From the NCBI GenBank assembly GCA_013239625.1, contig MU056243.1:3856225-3920224 (forward strand): 64,000 bases of DNA, given 5' to 3'. This document shows positions 24,635-37,254 of this stretch, piece by piece; position 1 is the first letter of the stretch, and each line of letters starts with the position of its first letter. A program made the position numbers and the translations under genes. This stretch comes from Lama guanicoe (Eukaryota). The notes beneath the pieces were generated by a model. It made no database searches and had not been told where the DNA came from. It worked only from the letters and a program-made list of their open reading frames with translations.

Positions 24635-26057
24635 CTAGGGAGCGACAAAGCAGAAAGTGGACAACGGCAGCTTTTCATTTTTTTCTTTGACTCCCAATTA
24701 GATTGAACATAAAAAATTTTTCTGATCCTCAAAAATCAAAGAGTCAATTACTGGCATCACTTGAAGAACAACAACATGGGACCTAGGACGCAACATCTTA
24801 AACTGTGAGCGCCTCAGGCCCAGGGGCTCTTGGGCCATGTGGGTATCCAGCGGTGGTATTAACAGAGGTATTGATAATGGTTTAACAGACGCAGTCACAG
24901 ACTCACAGCACTGACATTAAAAGTTAATTTAGTTCAACAACCCTCCTGTAATTTTGTGTCCACATTCGGGGCTTTACAAATTTCAGTTCAGAAATAACCC
25001 AGCTGAGAAATACCAGTGGTACAACAAAAGGGATTCTGAACAGAAATCAGAAAAACAGAAATGACTTTGTAGTCACTGTTTAAACAACTTCATTTCCATC
25101 ACTACTGAGCTCTTGAGAGAAAACACAGAAAGGAGAAAAGGAACAGAAAAAAAAATAGATGAACTTTTGATCCCTTAAGAGGATCTTTTTACGCCATTCA
25201 TTTCATTTTAAAGCATAAAGAATGGCCTGATGGAGAAAAGCGACAACAGAACCAGCAAAGCAGCAACTTGGAGAATTTTTTACATCTCAAGAAATGAAAA
25301 GGATCAAGTGCTTTTGGAATTAAGGATTAGGTACCAGATACTCTTTTTTAAAAACAGAAAGAATAGTCCTTCCAACTATTTTCTGAATAATACAAAATGT
25401 CAGATACTTGTTTAAAGATATGAACCAGACACAGCTTCTTAAGTTTTATTAGATTTTTACTTTAATTTTATTAGAATTCAGGTATTCTTAGAATTGCCCA
25501 AGGATTATCTGAATACATACAAACCCCTGGTGAGTAGTCACTATTTATATAACTCTTCATTAGAACAGGATATAATTTTCAATGGTTTATGAAAATATCT
25601 GATGTACATAGTTTAAAACTCTCTCTTTTAACTACACGTTTGTATGTATAGAAAAAAAGGCTAGAATTACATGAAAGTACTGGTAATGATCATGTCAGTA
25701 CAATTATGTGTTATTTTTACCCCTTTCTCTATTTTTTAAATGTTTTACATTGTAGTCTCATGACAGCAATTAATCTGCTCTTTTTTGATTTTTAAACATA
25801 AGATTTACTGGGTTGAGATTCCATAAAATCAAACAATATTTTAGATGCTGTAACTATGAAAAAATCAATTACTTGAGAATTTATAATACTGTTTACAAAG
25901 AGAGGCTCTTTTGAAGGCATAGAAAATGCTGAGTGATAGGAATTGCAGAAGTCAACACTGAGAATCAGAGGTTTGTTTGCTCATTTGGATATTTATAAAG
26001 TCTTACTATATGCCAGGCCCTATGGACAAAAAGATGAAGATGAGTTGTTTTTTTCCC

Positions 26058-26179
26058 CAAAGATCCCAGCCCAAAGTAAGATTTTCTTTCTCCGTAAACC
26101 CATCAAGATTAAAATTTCAAAATTCCTCAAAGATCCTAGCCCAAAGTAAGATTTTCTTTCTCTGTAAACCGATCAAAAT
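26058..26179 (+). repeat. Local direct duplication of ~52 bp, period 70
   Basis: caaagatcc(c/t)agcccaaagtaagattttctttctc(c/t)gtaaacc at 26058 and 26128. Confidence 0.9.
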
Positions 26180-27190
26180 CTGAGTGTCCCACAAGGACCT
26201 TCCAAAAGACTTATTTCCAGTGCTTACTTTCAGAGCACATGACCTATGCAGCGCTAATGAACAAGAGGGCTTTCAAAGTTCTTAACATTTCTGTTTGTTC
26301 TGAATGACCCCCAAAGCTTTGCCACACTTGAGAATGGCCAACTGGCCCACTGGCAGATAGAACACCAACAAATACAACAAAATGTGTACTATCTTTACTT
26401 AGATGTTTTACAGGTGTTTTTTTTTTTTAAACACTTTCAAAGCTAGAAACAATCCCCCTCAACTATTCCAATGTTCCTTCTCTGGGCTTCTCCCCGTTGG
26501 TAAATGGAACCATCATCTGCTAGTTGCTTTAGTCAGAAACGTTGACCTTTCTTGATTCTTTCCTATTCTTCACTCTCCTAATTCATCAGACTATTAGGTT
26601 GATTCTAACAGCAAAATATATTTCCAATCAGTACCATCAGATCTTCCCACTTGGAACACTGCAAGAGTCTCTTGACTGGCTTCCCCTCCTCCCAACACTG
26701 CTGCGACAGGCCCAGCAGTTCATAGCCCCGCTGGGGTCCATTGGTCACAAAGACCATGTCGCTCACTTGTTAAGCCTCAAACTCTTCACCTTGTGTGACC
26801 AGGTCGCTGCTCACCTCCATTAACTCATCTCATCTCATGCACCCTCTGCTCACTACCTTCCAGTCACCCTCATCTCCTTTTGAGTCTTAAACACACCAAA
26901 GTCTTTTTCCTCCCGAGGCTCTTGCACGTGCGGTTGGTCCCTCTCTCTAGAATGCCATCCAATCAACTCCTTGGAGAGCCTTCTCCCTGAGCAACCAACC
27001 AACAGTATACTCATCAGCCTACACACTTCCTGGCAGAGAATAGATGCCTACTAATATGGCTGAACAAATGAATAGGTTATCTGAATTTGAAGTAATGGAT
27101 ATACTTCATGGAAGAAATTGAAGCCAAATATAAAGGTTCTTAGGCCACTTAAAATCCAGGAAAGCAGGAAAGCATTTAGGACCATGCCAC

Positions 27191-27275
27191 CTTTTTTACC
27201 TTGGGCCAGTGCTGCTGTATCTTGCAGTTTCTTGTACCTGTTCAGGCACTGTCGAAGGTCTTCTATTTTCCGATC
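27191..27275 (-). CDS. PPFIBP1: PPFIBP1 coding exon 11: DRKIEDLRQCLNRYKKLQDTAALAQ(GKK); alternative donor ends the exon at 27200
   Basis: aatag|GAT; donors G|gtaaaa (27200) and G|gtggca (27191). Confidence 0.93.
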
Positions 27276-27949
27276 CTATTAATGAAATAAAATGATCATC
27301 TTTAATATTATGATTTTAAAACAATAAAAGTAACTGTGACACAAAGAATAAGCAGACGTGAATTATCTACATTATTCAAGGAATATTTCTAAACTTTAGT
27401 AAAATTGGTAATGTCTAGAGTATTTTTCCTACATACATCAGAGAGATAGAAAAAGTACCTCTAAATTTAGAGATTCTATCCTTCAGCTGCCATCTTTAAA
27501 AAACAAAAACAAAACAAGGTAATAAGATACAAAACAAAGAAAAACAACCCAAGAAATAATTCAACATTAATTACTCTCCTCCCTAATATAAATCAGAGCT
27601 TGAAAGAAAGATCTACACTTGTTATCTTTATCGGCTGGCAATAATCATCACCTGGCTTTTTCCTTCTCAAAACGCTCCACCAAAGTTGCTTCAATGAATC
27701 ATCAATGACCTTCTCTTTACTAAAAACAAAAGACACTTTTCATCTTCTTTTTTTCCAATTTGACCTCCAGGTGGCATTTCACTGACTCCATTCTTTTCTT
27801 CTCTCTCTTTTCTCTGTTTTGATTTTTTTAATCCCTTGACCAGATAAATATTCTATTTACATAACCCCTACCACCTTCCCAACCCAGAATATAAAATGTT
27901 AGAAAATTCAAGGTTTTGTCCTTTACCTTCTTCTGTTTTCCCATGCCCT

Positions 27950-28380
27950 CAGTGTGGCAGATTAGCTCCCTAGCTCCCCCAACATGGATTTTGGGCTTGG
28001 CTGTGTGACTGGCTTTGGCCATTGATACATCAACCAATGTGGTTCACAGCAAAGGCTTGAAAAGTATTTGCACATTGGGACTTGCCCTCTCTCACTGCTC
28101 TCGGGAACCCTGGGGCCACTACGTGAAGAGGCACAGGCTAGTCTGCCAGAGGAGGGGAGACCATTTAGAGGAGAGACACCCCACCTGGGGCCAACCTAGA
28201 CCAGTCTGTCAACCACCTGACATGTGAGTTACACCACGCTAAACCATCCAACCCCATCCCAGCCACTGGCTAACAGCAGAGATCAGCAAAGCCAGCCCAG
28301 ACTAGAACAGTTGAGCCAACCTACAGAAGTATGAAAAATAATAAATGTGATTATCATGGAGCAAAAGCTAACCAATATGT
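27950..28380 (+). mobile_element. MaLR (MLT1-type) solo LTR, approximate
   Basis: tgtggcag start, ttgggcttggctgtgtgactggctttggcc, late aataaa. Confidence 0.55.
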
Positions 28381-30307
28381 CAACTACAGTTTTGTCTCCA
28401 GATCTATAATTCTACGTTATTCCTAAAATTTAGATTCATTTCTATAAGAATCCAACTTTCATGAGAAATCTCCTTTTTATGTCCTGTGAACACACCAAAT
28501 TCAGTATCTAAAATGAAGCTCCCAGGACGTGAGCCTCTGTTTGGATTCCCTTAACTCTTTTATAGGTGCCATCATTCACCATGCTGCCCAAACTGGCAAA
28601 GATTCTCCCAAATCCCAAAGATTCTAAAACCTTGTCAATCTATGAATTGTTCTGTATTCCCTTCCCTTCTTACCACTTCACTGCCATCGCCTTATTTCAA
28701 CCCCTCATTTCTCACCTGGACTATTTTAACAGCCTCTTAACTGTTCTGTCTTCATTCTCTCTTACCTGTTCTTGCTTCCATTCTGCCACCAGAGCTAGCG
28801 TTCTAAAATGGCAACTTAATTATGTCACCGTCCAAGGTCTCTGAGCTGAGACCCCAAGTCATTAAACCATTAGCCTCACCTCACACACCCATGCCCTCCA
28901 CCTGCATCTCATGCTCCAGAACTTTCCCAGCAGGCACTGGCTGTTTCAAGCGTTGGTTTTGAGACATGTTTTTGCTCAGGGATCCTTTGCCCAGATTCCT
29001 TCATTTTCCTAATGAATGACTCTTGCTCTCCCTTGGAATTTGCCCAAATACATCCTCTTTGAAGGCTTCTTGGAACCACCAAGAAGTCACGCCACTCTTG
29101 GTGCTCCTACAGAAAAGTCTGAGCACCTAGTAAGCCCTCACTCAACATTGGGAGTTTTGCTTTTATTTTTCCTTATTGAGGGAGAGAAATGGAAACAAAT
29201 TGAATTTCAGTGATTTTTTTTCCAAATTAAATGTGTATGGGCAGCTTGGTAATGACTTTCCTTTTTATTTGACATAGGAAAGGCTAGCAAAAAGAAACAT
29301 ATATATGGGTGGGTGGGTAGGAGAATGTATTTCTATGGAATAAAGAACAAAGAGAATGAAAGGCAAACATAAGTAAATAGATAAATGAACAGAGTGAAAC
29401 AGAGTAGGCAAGAATTAATAGAAAGAAACTTCCTCATCAGGGGAAAAGATCAAGACAGAGATCTTGGGCATTTTCTTGGGTTTTACTTCCTTGAAGTTAC
29501 TCTTTCCTCGGGAAAGCGTCTCCTTGTTCTAGTTACTCAGAGACACAAGAGGAGAGTGGTTCTGATGATCGGAGTTGAACCTGACCGTTGTTGCCTGCTG
29601 GATATGTGGCTGGTCAGGGAAGCCATGAAGAAATGCATTTCCTTAGTCAGGTCACTGCATCCCTGCTCTGAGCAGGTTGAACTAAGGAGAAGCAACAGCT
29701 GGAGGAAAAGCACTCCTGGAGAACTAGGCATTGGACCAGTGTAGCGAAAACAAAACCCAGCGCCATCTTTGATTTCACGATGCCTGTGCCTGGATCCTGC
29801 TATCTCACCACTCAGGAGAGCAGAGTCAGCCCCACATGCAAAAGAGGCGAGGAGCGTGAAGGAAATAACATGCTTACAGAGAAGAAAATCAACATGATCA
29901 TCAAGCTAAAGTTGCCACGGCTCCCTCCTCCAGCATTCCTGCAGTAGCCCAGAATTTCCAGGGACCACAGGAAGGATGTATCATGCATGGACTGTATTCT
30001 TTCTCTCATTTGTCAGTTGAATATAGAGAGCTGATCTGACAGCCTGAACATTTTCTAAATTCAAGGTGGTGGGGGGTGGGATTCTCAGGGGAGTCAGTGC
30101 CACTGGTCTCCATCCTTGTGCACGACAGGAATATGTCCGCGACCCCCGGGAGCAGGCGCTCTTGGGCAGGAAGGGAGAATGCTTGCCCCTTAATATCAGA
30201 AGTGTTTAGGGGTTCTTTCAAACAGGGATTATCCAGAGAAAATGCATGAAATGACCCAAATGATGTTATGACACATCCACATCAATGCTTAAATTTCATC
30301 TAGATAC

Positions 30308-30369
30308 CTTTTCTTCATTTGCTGCCATCAAAGATTCCACAGCCTTTTTCAGTTTTTGTACTTCAATAT
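30308..30369 (-). CDS. PPFIBP1: PPFIBP1 coding exon 10: IEVQKLKKAVESLMAANEEK
   Basis: ttcag|AT ... AAG|gtatct; 62 nt. Confidence 0.95.
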
Positions 30370-31135
30370 CTGAAAACATCACAACATCAAATCAGAAGTC
30401 AGTTTAGTTCACACACATGACAAGGACAAGAATGGAAACGTTTGAAGGGAAAGATGTTCATCATTTATTCTGTTTGTTTCTCAAGGCACATGTACCATTC
30501 ATTTTTCTCATTTAGGGGATACCTGAGGAATGAACACCTCCTCTCTCACCTCAACAGTCATCATTCCAGAAAGAGAACAACTACCCTCCCTCAGAGGAGG
30601 AACAAAACCCCCATGAGACCACCGCACGTGAAATTTCAGCACCACAACAGTAAAAGCACGGCGTTTTCAAAAAAGAAACCCATGAAGCAGGTGAAAGCAG
30701 TGAACGGTTTATCTCTAACAAAAGCAGAGGAAATGATGTTCAGTTATAACCAAGATGGAGACACGGATGGTCAGAGCCTGATGGAACGTGAGGTTTACGT
30801 GAGTGTCATGCTAAGCTGCTGGCTGTCGGCTCCATACGGAGGGAGAATGAGTAACACTTTGCTTCATCTATAAACTTCATTTCCAGGACTACTGTACAAC
30901 ATAAAGGCCCAAGCAAGCTGACTGGGATTCTCCTTAAAATTTGATCATTTAAATACAAAAGCATGTTACTTGAATAATAATAATAATAAACCAAATATTT
31001 TAAACATGGAAAGTGAATCTAAAATGAAATCACAAATTTGAAAAATTGAAAGAGAGAAAAAAATTCAGCTCAAGTTGTCTGCTTTTAAGAAGAAAAAAAA
31101 AACTACTGCAGGTAAACTTTAAAATGGTACATCAG

Positions 31136-31270
31136 GAGGAGGGTGTAGCTCAAGCAGCAGAGTGCATGCTTGGTATGCATGAGGTCCTGGGTTCAATTTC
31201 CAGTGCCTCCTCTAAAAATAAGTCAACCTAATTACTTCCCCGCCCCTGCCAAAATAAAATAAATAATACA
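31136..31270 (+). mobile_element. tRNA-derived SINE (vic-1-like)
   Basis: A/B boxes and an A-rich tail. Confidence 0.85.
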
Positions 31271-31985
31271 ACAATAAATTTTAAAAATACAAAAAATACA
31301 ATGTTAAAAGTAAAAAAATAAAACAAAACGGTACATCATTCAGCAGTGATGTAACACTTTCAATTAAGGTATACTCTACAGGAACTGCTTTTTTTTTTTT
31401 TTCTTTTTAAGACAAATTCCCTTAAGAACTCAACGGTCTGGAGGAAAGAGCCCGCTAAGGCTTTATTTTCACACTGCACTAAACAATCCAGGCTCTGTCA
31501 GTCGGCCTGGGCACGACTTCTTTTGTTAGCACAGAGGGCATGTTTGCAGAAGCCCCTCATATAGATGTCAGTGAAAAAGTGGGTTACAAAACATTGGAAA
31601 GCCAAAGGAAGCTCAAAACGGTCTCCAGCTGTGGTAAACCTCAAACACAGCAGGTTTCCATAGGCGTATAAACGTTATTTTCTCCTCTGACCCCCCGTAT
31701 CTCCCGGAGAAAGCTTCCTCGCCTCCATCGCTCTGGGTGCCCCTGCTGGATCCTATGGAGCAAAAGGGCTGAATCAGATAACAACCTGCAAAACAGCCTT
31801 TTACTCCTTGTTTCTACTGTTTGTTTACCGTCTAGTTTTGTCCTCTGAGAAGAAATGGGCAGCTTATTGATGAAGCAACTTTCCATCTTTGGTGAGAGGG
31901 ATGTTTTAAAAACACATGCAAAGAACAGCCCAAGTAGTACTTTTGGTGAATGTAGAGGCTGATGGAAATACACCAGAAACCTTAC

Positions 31986-32018
31986 TTTTGTCTTTGAGCT
32001 TCTTTTTAAAATTTTCAT
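31986..32018 (-). CDS. PPFIBP1: PPFIBP1 coding exon 9, 33-nt cassette: DENFKKKLKDK(N)
   Basis: cacag|AT ... A|gtaagg; symmetric phase 1. Confidence 0.9.
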
Positions 32019-33733
32019 CTGTGCAGGAAAACCCATCAGATTGGAAGTTAGCACACATTACAACAATAAGTAATATATAAGCGCTACTGTTTAGTCTCTT
32101 TTTACCTAAACCTCGTACCGACTGAATATTAAGTGCTGTTTTATGACTTTGGGACTGGTTCTACAATACAATATGCTCTCTGTGAGGTTAGAAAGAGATG
32201 CAACAATTAATCAGAAGACCTAAATTGAAGTTACCGTCTCTGTGATTTCATTTTTCTGAACCTTGATTTTCTTGTATTCACACTGGGCTTTTGGAGCACA
32301 AGTGCTTCTTACACTAACAGTGATGAAAAACCAGCTGGTGATGCACTGGTTGTTTTTTTTTTTTTTTTACATTTCCATTACAGGCCAACATATGGCCGCA
32401 TGAACGGGATGATGACACTGTTTAGGTCACATTTATCTCACCACTCAAGTGCAACAACACTGAAATGCTCTATCTCCTGTTCAATGAGGTGAGTCTGCTG
32501 ATCACACAGTTAGATGTTATGTCAACATCAGATTCCATGAAGTTTTTAAACACTTGCCCTCAGTACCTGTATTCATCTGGCTGTGTCCTGCTAACAAGCA
32601 CTTCACAGACCAGAGCTAGTCCTCAGATCTGACTCTGGGTGGCATTACACGAACACGTCCTTTAGCCTACAAGTCCTAAAATTCCATTTTTTTCCCCTTA
32701 AAAATCCTGAAAGCATGAGCTGCTTGTGAATGTCCTTTAAGAACAAGCATTCCACATATGCCAGAACAGAAGGGGATAAAAGCCCCTTCCCTCAATGTTT
32801 GATGAACTGAGTTTTCGGACAGAGAGGCAATTGTGACCCTGCAGCCAGGGTATTCTACGGCCAAGAAGACTTCAGAAGTAACCCAACCCAAGTCCCTCAC
32901 TGTACAGACAATAATGTTACCAGTGTTCACCTAATAGATAAAAAATGTACCAAAGCTATACCAACTGGAACTTGCTCTGTTTTGCATGAGTCAGAAGTTG
33001 CTTCTGCCACATCACTTGTAATAACAAAGAAAGGTTAAATCTGACTTAGTGTTGTCAGATGTTCCTGGCATTTATACTTCCAAATCTAATTCAAAAAACA
33101 CATTACATTCAAGTTATTTTCTATCAGGTATAACCAACACTATTAGAAATTATTGCCCATATAATATCCAGGATAAACCTCCATTTATGATTTTTTAAAA
33201 ATAAAATCATACACTTTTCCCCAAACCAGAATTAACTTATTTTTGCTTCCTAGAAGGTTGAGGGCTCACTGCGTGGTAAGACACGTTCATTAATTCTCCA
33301 GGGATACAGAGCCTTCCCTCTCTCCTCAAAAAGGCAGGCAAGGTTCTGACATGTCTTACTTTATGTTGTCTCAGGTTCAGTTCAGAGGGAAATAATCTTG
33401 GGACATAGTTCTGGTTCCTTTTAATTCTTTTTGACACTTTCTTGGGTTGCAGTTTGGACAGGAACTCTCTCCTGATGGGACTTTACCATACAGTAACCTA
33501 AAATAAACACCCAGGAGGCACAGAGGTGCCCTTCTCCAGCTGCTGAAGAGGGGTCTCACGGACGCCCAGGGACAGCACAGAGCCTCGGAGGAGTTCCTGG
33601 GGCCCTGGGCCCAGTGGCTTCTGCTCCTCTTCTCTCTCTTTGATGCTAATATTACATATTATCCAATGTCAGTTTCTTTTATAGACCTTGGACAATTTTA
33701 ATAAAATAGCAAACGTCAAATCTATAGTCTTAC

Positions 33734-33848
33734 CTCGATCAAGAATTTCAATCCCTTCCCCTTTCATCTTGCAAACCAGTTTTTCTTGTAGCCTTTTTAC
33801 TTCAGATTCCTTCTCTTCCAGCTGTTCTTTCAGCAATGCCAGTTCCTC
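33734..33848 (-). CDS. PPFIBP1: PPFIBP1 coding exon 8: EELALLKEQLEEKESEVKRLQEKLVCKMKGEGIEILDR
   Basis: tatag|GAG ... G|gtaaga; 115 nt. Confidence 0.95.
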
Positions 33849-35236
33849 CTATAGATGATAAATTCATTTAAAAGGAGTAGATTAGGGACTAAAAGAGAAT
33901 ACTCAAAGAGTCTGTTAACTCTTCAGTCAATAATTAGTTTTTGTGAATGAAACAAAAAGCTACAAGAACTGAGACGCAAATGTCAGAAATCAGATGGTGG
34001 CGATTGACAAGCAGGAAGCGAGACGACTAATGAAAGTCCACGTTACAATAACTGAGGTATAATTATTTCATGTTCCTTCGTGACCAAGTTAAAAATAAAT
34101 CTTTGAAAGTGTAATTAGGACTAGGGGAGCCCTAAGGTTTAAATCTTACGTTAAATAAAAAATGTGACCAAGTTAATCAAGGAAGATAATCCACTTAGAA
34201 GCTTAGTGTCATAAAAGCAAAACAAAATGCAGATTGGAAACTATATTTTAAGACTTGCTTGGTATTTATTCAGCATTTCAAGGTGGCACTCAGGTTCCCT
34301 GGACAGGACGGAGCTTAATTAGTGGGGAAGACAGCAGGTGGTGAACAACTTTTGCCAAATCATGGGACTAAATAATTCATCCTCATCACTAAGGTAAAAG
34401 AACAGAGTCTCCTACAACAATGGGAAAAAAAATTTAGAAGACAGATTTAAGGTCTTTTTTTTTTTTTTAACTACACAGCTATTTAAGACCCCACGTCCAA
34501 CATTCTATTTACTAATGTCTCTTTCAGTTTCATCTTGGTAAAGAACTAGCTTTGGCAAATTTCAGTTTTGCTGGCAGTATTTAACACAGAAAAGAAAGCT
34601 GTCCAGTGCTAATTCAGTGCACTTTTATTTTCACTAACACATTTTACGTTCAGTCTCTACAGATATGTATTATGCTTAGTATTACGAGAAAACGTAGCTC
34701 TCCAACGGAGCTAAGACGTTAGCTGAACAGCTTTTACCCATACTAGGAATGGGTAGCACATATGAGAGATTTTCAGTAGCTCTGGAAGAAATGCTGCCCT
34801 GTTCTCGCTGTGCTTCTCCTAAGCAGTGATTCCTAGTCACTGCCACGACCGTTAACTGCTCTACACATTTACCTTCAAGAACGTCCCGAAGGAAGAAAAC
34901 AGTGTCTCTTACTGATACCAAACAGAGTTCCTGCACAGATGAACTTCAGTTATTTCATCATGCTTGGACCTCAGTCTAAGAGAGTGAGATTTAAACGATA
35001 AACTAACACTTTTATGTTACCTGTTTGTTGTTTTTCACCCTTTCACATGTTTCTGAAAACACTATTAGGGGTCACATGGTCCCTTTAATCAGCTTTGAAC
35101 GTACTTTCAAAAAACAGGTGACACACACACACACACACAAAATGAATGCACACGCCACTGAAAACACCATCACAGCAAAACGACACAAGCCAGAAAGCCA
35201 CAGGTCATGGACCCCATTACCCAAGGTCTACTACAC

Positions 35237-35329
35237 CTTCAGGNNNNNNNNNNNNNNNNNNNNNNNNNNNNNNNNNNNNNNNNNNNNNNNNNNNNNNNNN
35301 NNNNNNNNNNNNNNNNNNNNNNNNNNNNN
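35237..35329 (-). CDS. PPFIBP1: PPFIBP1 coding exon 7, 93-nt cassette (...SLK), mostly hidden in an N gap; 5' end inferred
   Basis: Only C CTG AAG|gtgtag is visible at the gap edge, matching the end of recalled human SLMAKLSSMKIKVGQMQYEKQRMEQKWESLK. Confidence 0.6.
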
Positions 35330-35398
35330 NNNNNNNNNNNNNNNNNNNNNNNNNNNNNNNNNNNNNNNNNNNNNNNNNNNNNNNNNNNNNNNNNNNNN
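35244..35398. other. Assembly gap, 155 N
   Basis: N run. Confidence 1.
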
Positions 35399-35663
35399 AG
35401 TTATCAGTTTGTAAAGGAGGTTAGACAATCAAGAGAAATGACATAGGTTACATTCTATCAGATTAGTGACACCCTGATTTTTATTCAGAATAGCAGTGTT
35501 TAAATTCAAGACGGTCTCCAACTTGGGGAAAAACTTCATTCGCTTGTAAAATATATTCTTCTGTACCATGTACTAAGCAGAAAACGTATTTTATTTATAT
35601 TATCGATCATAGAGAAGCAGTGGAGCCATTTGTTCGAAAATTTCTGCCATTGAGAAAACTTAC

Positions 35664-35756
35664 TTTGGTAGATTTCAGCTTTTTTTCATACTGCAGTCTT
35701 TCACTGTCCATTTCACTGACTCTTAACCTCAGATCATTGATTTCCTGCATTAGGCC
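35664..35756 (-). CDS. PPFIBP1: PPFIBP1 coding exon 6: GLMQEINDLRLRVSEMDSERLQYEKKLKSTK
   Basis: gacag|GGC ... AAA|gtaagt; 93 nt. Confidence 0.95.
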
Positions 35757-37000
35757 CTGTCCAGAAGAAACAAGGAGATACATTGGGAGAGCTGAACACA
35801 CTGATGTACACCAAAACAGCAGCTTGGAAATCTTGAGTCAATAGTTCCTGGATTAAAGTTGCACAAATTAGATCAGACAAATGGAAATGCATGTGTCTCC
35901 TTGGAAACCAAAGCTTCTTTCCATTTAAAACACTGCTTTAAATTCCCGATGCCCCTGCCCTAAAGTGATGGGATTATAAAAATGAAAGGTCACTGTCGTT
36001 TTAATTAAGAAAGGTAGATAATCACCTACTATTGATCAAATATTGATCAAATATTTTTAGACTAAACAAAATCACTATATAAACAAACCGGGGAAATTTT
36101 CTTTAGTAAATCCATTTATTTTTAGAGACTTTTTAGTGATATATGGATAATTACAAAAATATTTTCGTAATCTCATTTGTCTATAAAAATATAGATTGTT
36201 CATCACCCCAATCTGGGAGCATGGAATGAAATTTAAATGCTTTAAGCCAAGGGTTCTCAACTGGAGTGTGGATGAAGGCCCTGCTATTTGCAAATATATT
36301 CAGTATCATAAAACAATTTTCTATTTGGAAAATAAAAAAGAAAGCAACCCTAATGTTTTCATAATACATAATGCTTACTACTTCCCACTTTTAAAAAAAA
36401 CTAATATTTTGTAAAATTTGTCTGTTCTGCGCAATAGTGACCTATTTTTGTCCAGCGTCCAGAGAGTAGGAAAAAGTAATCAGAATGCTCAACAGTATCA
36501 ACTCTTCCAAAAGAAGGGCTCAAGTACTCTGTGAAACCTTTTCCCCGACAAGCCCTGAAGGTCCCAGTAATGGTTAATGTGTTTTTATTTCTCTCTTTTC
36601 AAGACATCTATTCCTGAGTCACAAATTCTTAGACAAAAGAACAGAATTATACAAAAAACCCATTAAAAACAAATGGATTAATGCTATCAGAAATAAAACT
36701 TTGCTAATGAGGTTTTATTTTAAACTCCTAAGTGTCAGGATTCAACCTCACAAAGGCCAGGAGAAAGGGATGCTGTAGTGAAACACACTTCCCAGAAAAC
36801 CCACAGGCTTTTAAATTGTGGTTTCTTGTAAAACAAGGAAGAGTGCTACCTAGCATTATTATATAATAATTACTTATAAATTTAACTATAATAACTATTA
36901 TTAATACAATGTTTCAATAAGATGTCTATTTTCTCCTTTTATGAATGAGGTAAGTAACTGTTTGACATCATTTAATAACTTTGGTTGTGATTCCTTATCA

Positions 37001-37254
37001 ACAAGTTAATGGTTGCCAAGAGGGCGGGGGGGGGTGGGAAGGGACAGACTGGGATTTCAAAATGTAGAATAGATAAGATTATACTGCATAGCACAGGGAA
37101 ATATATACAAGATCTTGTGCTAGCTCACAGCGAAAAAAAAAATGTGACAATGAATATATGTATGTTCATGTATAACTGAAAAATTGTGCTCTCCACTGAA
37201 ATTTGACACAACATTGTAAAATGACTATTACTCAATAAAAAGTTGAAAAAAAAG
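37001..37254 (+). mobile_element. 5'-truncated L1 3' end (same family as 19994-20227)
   Basis: Near-identical to the 20 kb copy, plus a G-rich tract. Confidence 0.8.

Noticed and set aside
35025-35446. ORFs containing X runs (also at 40458-40699 and 60846-61118)
   Set aside because: Artefacts of translating through N gaps.
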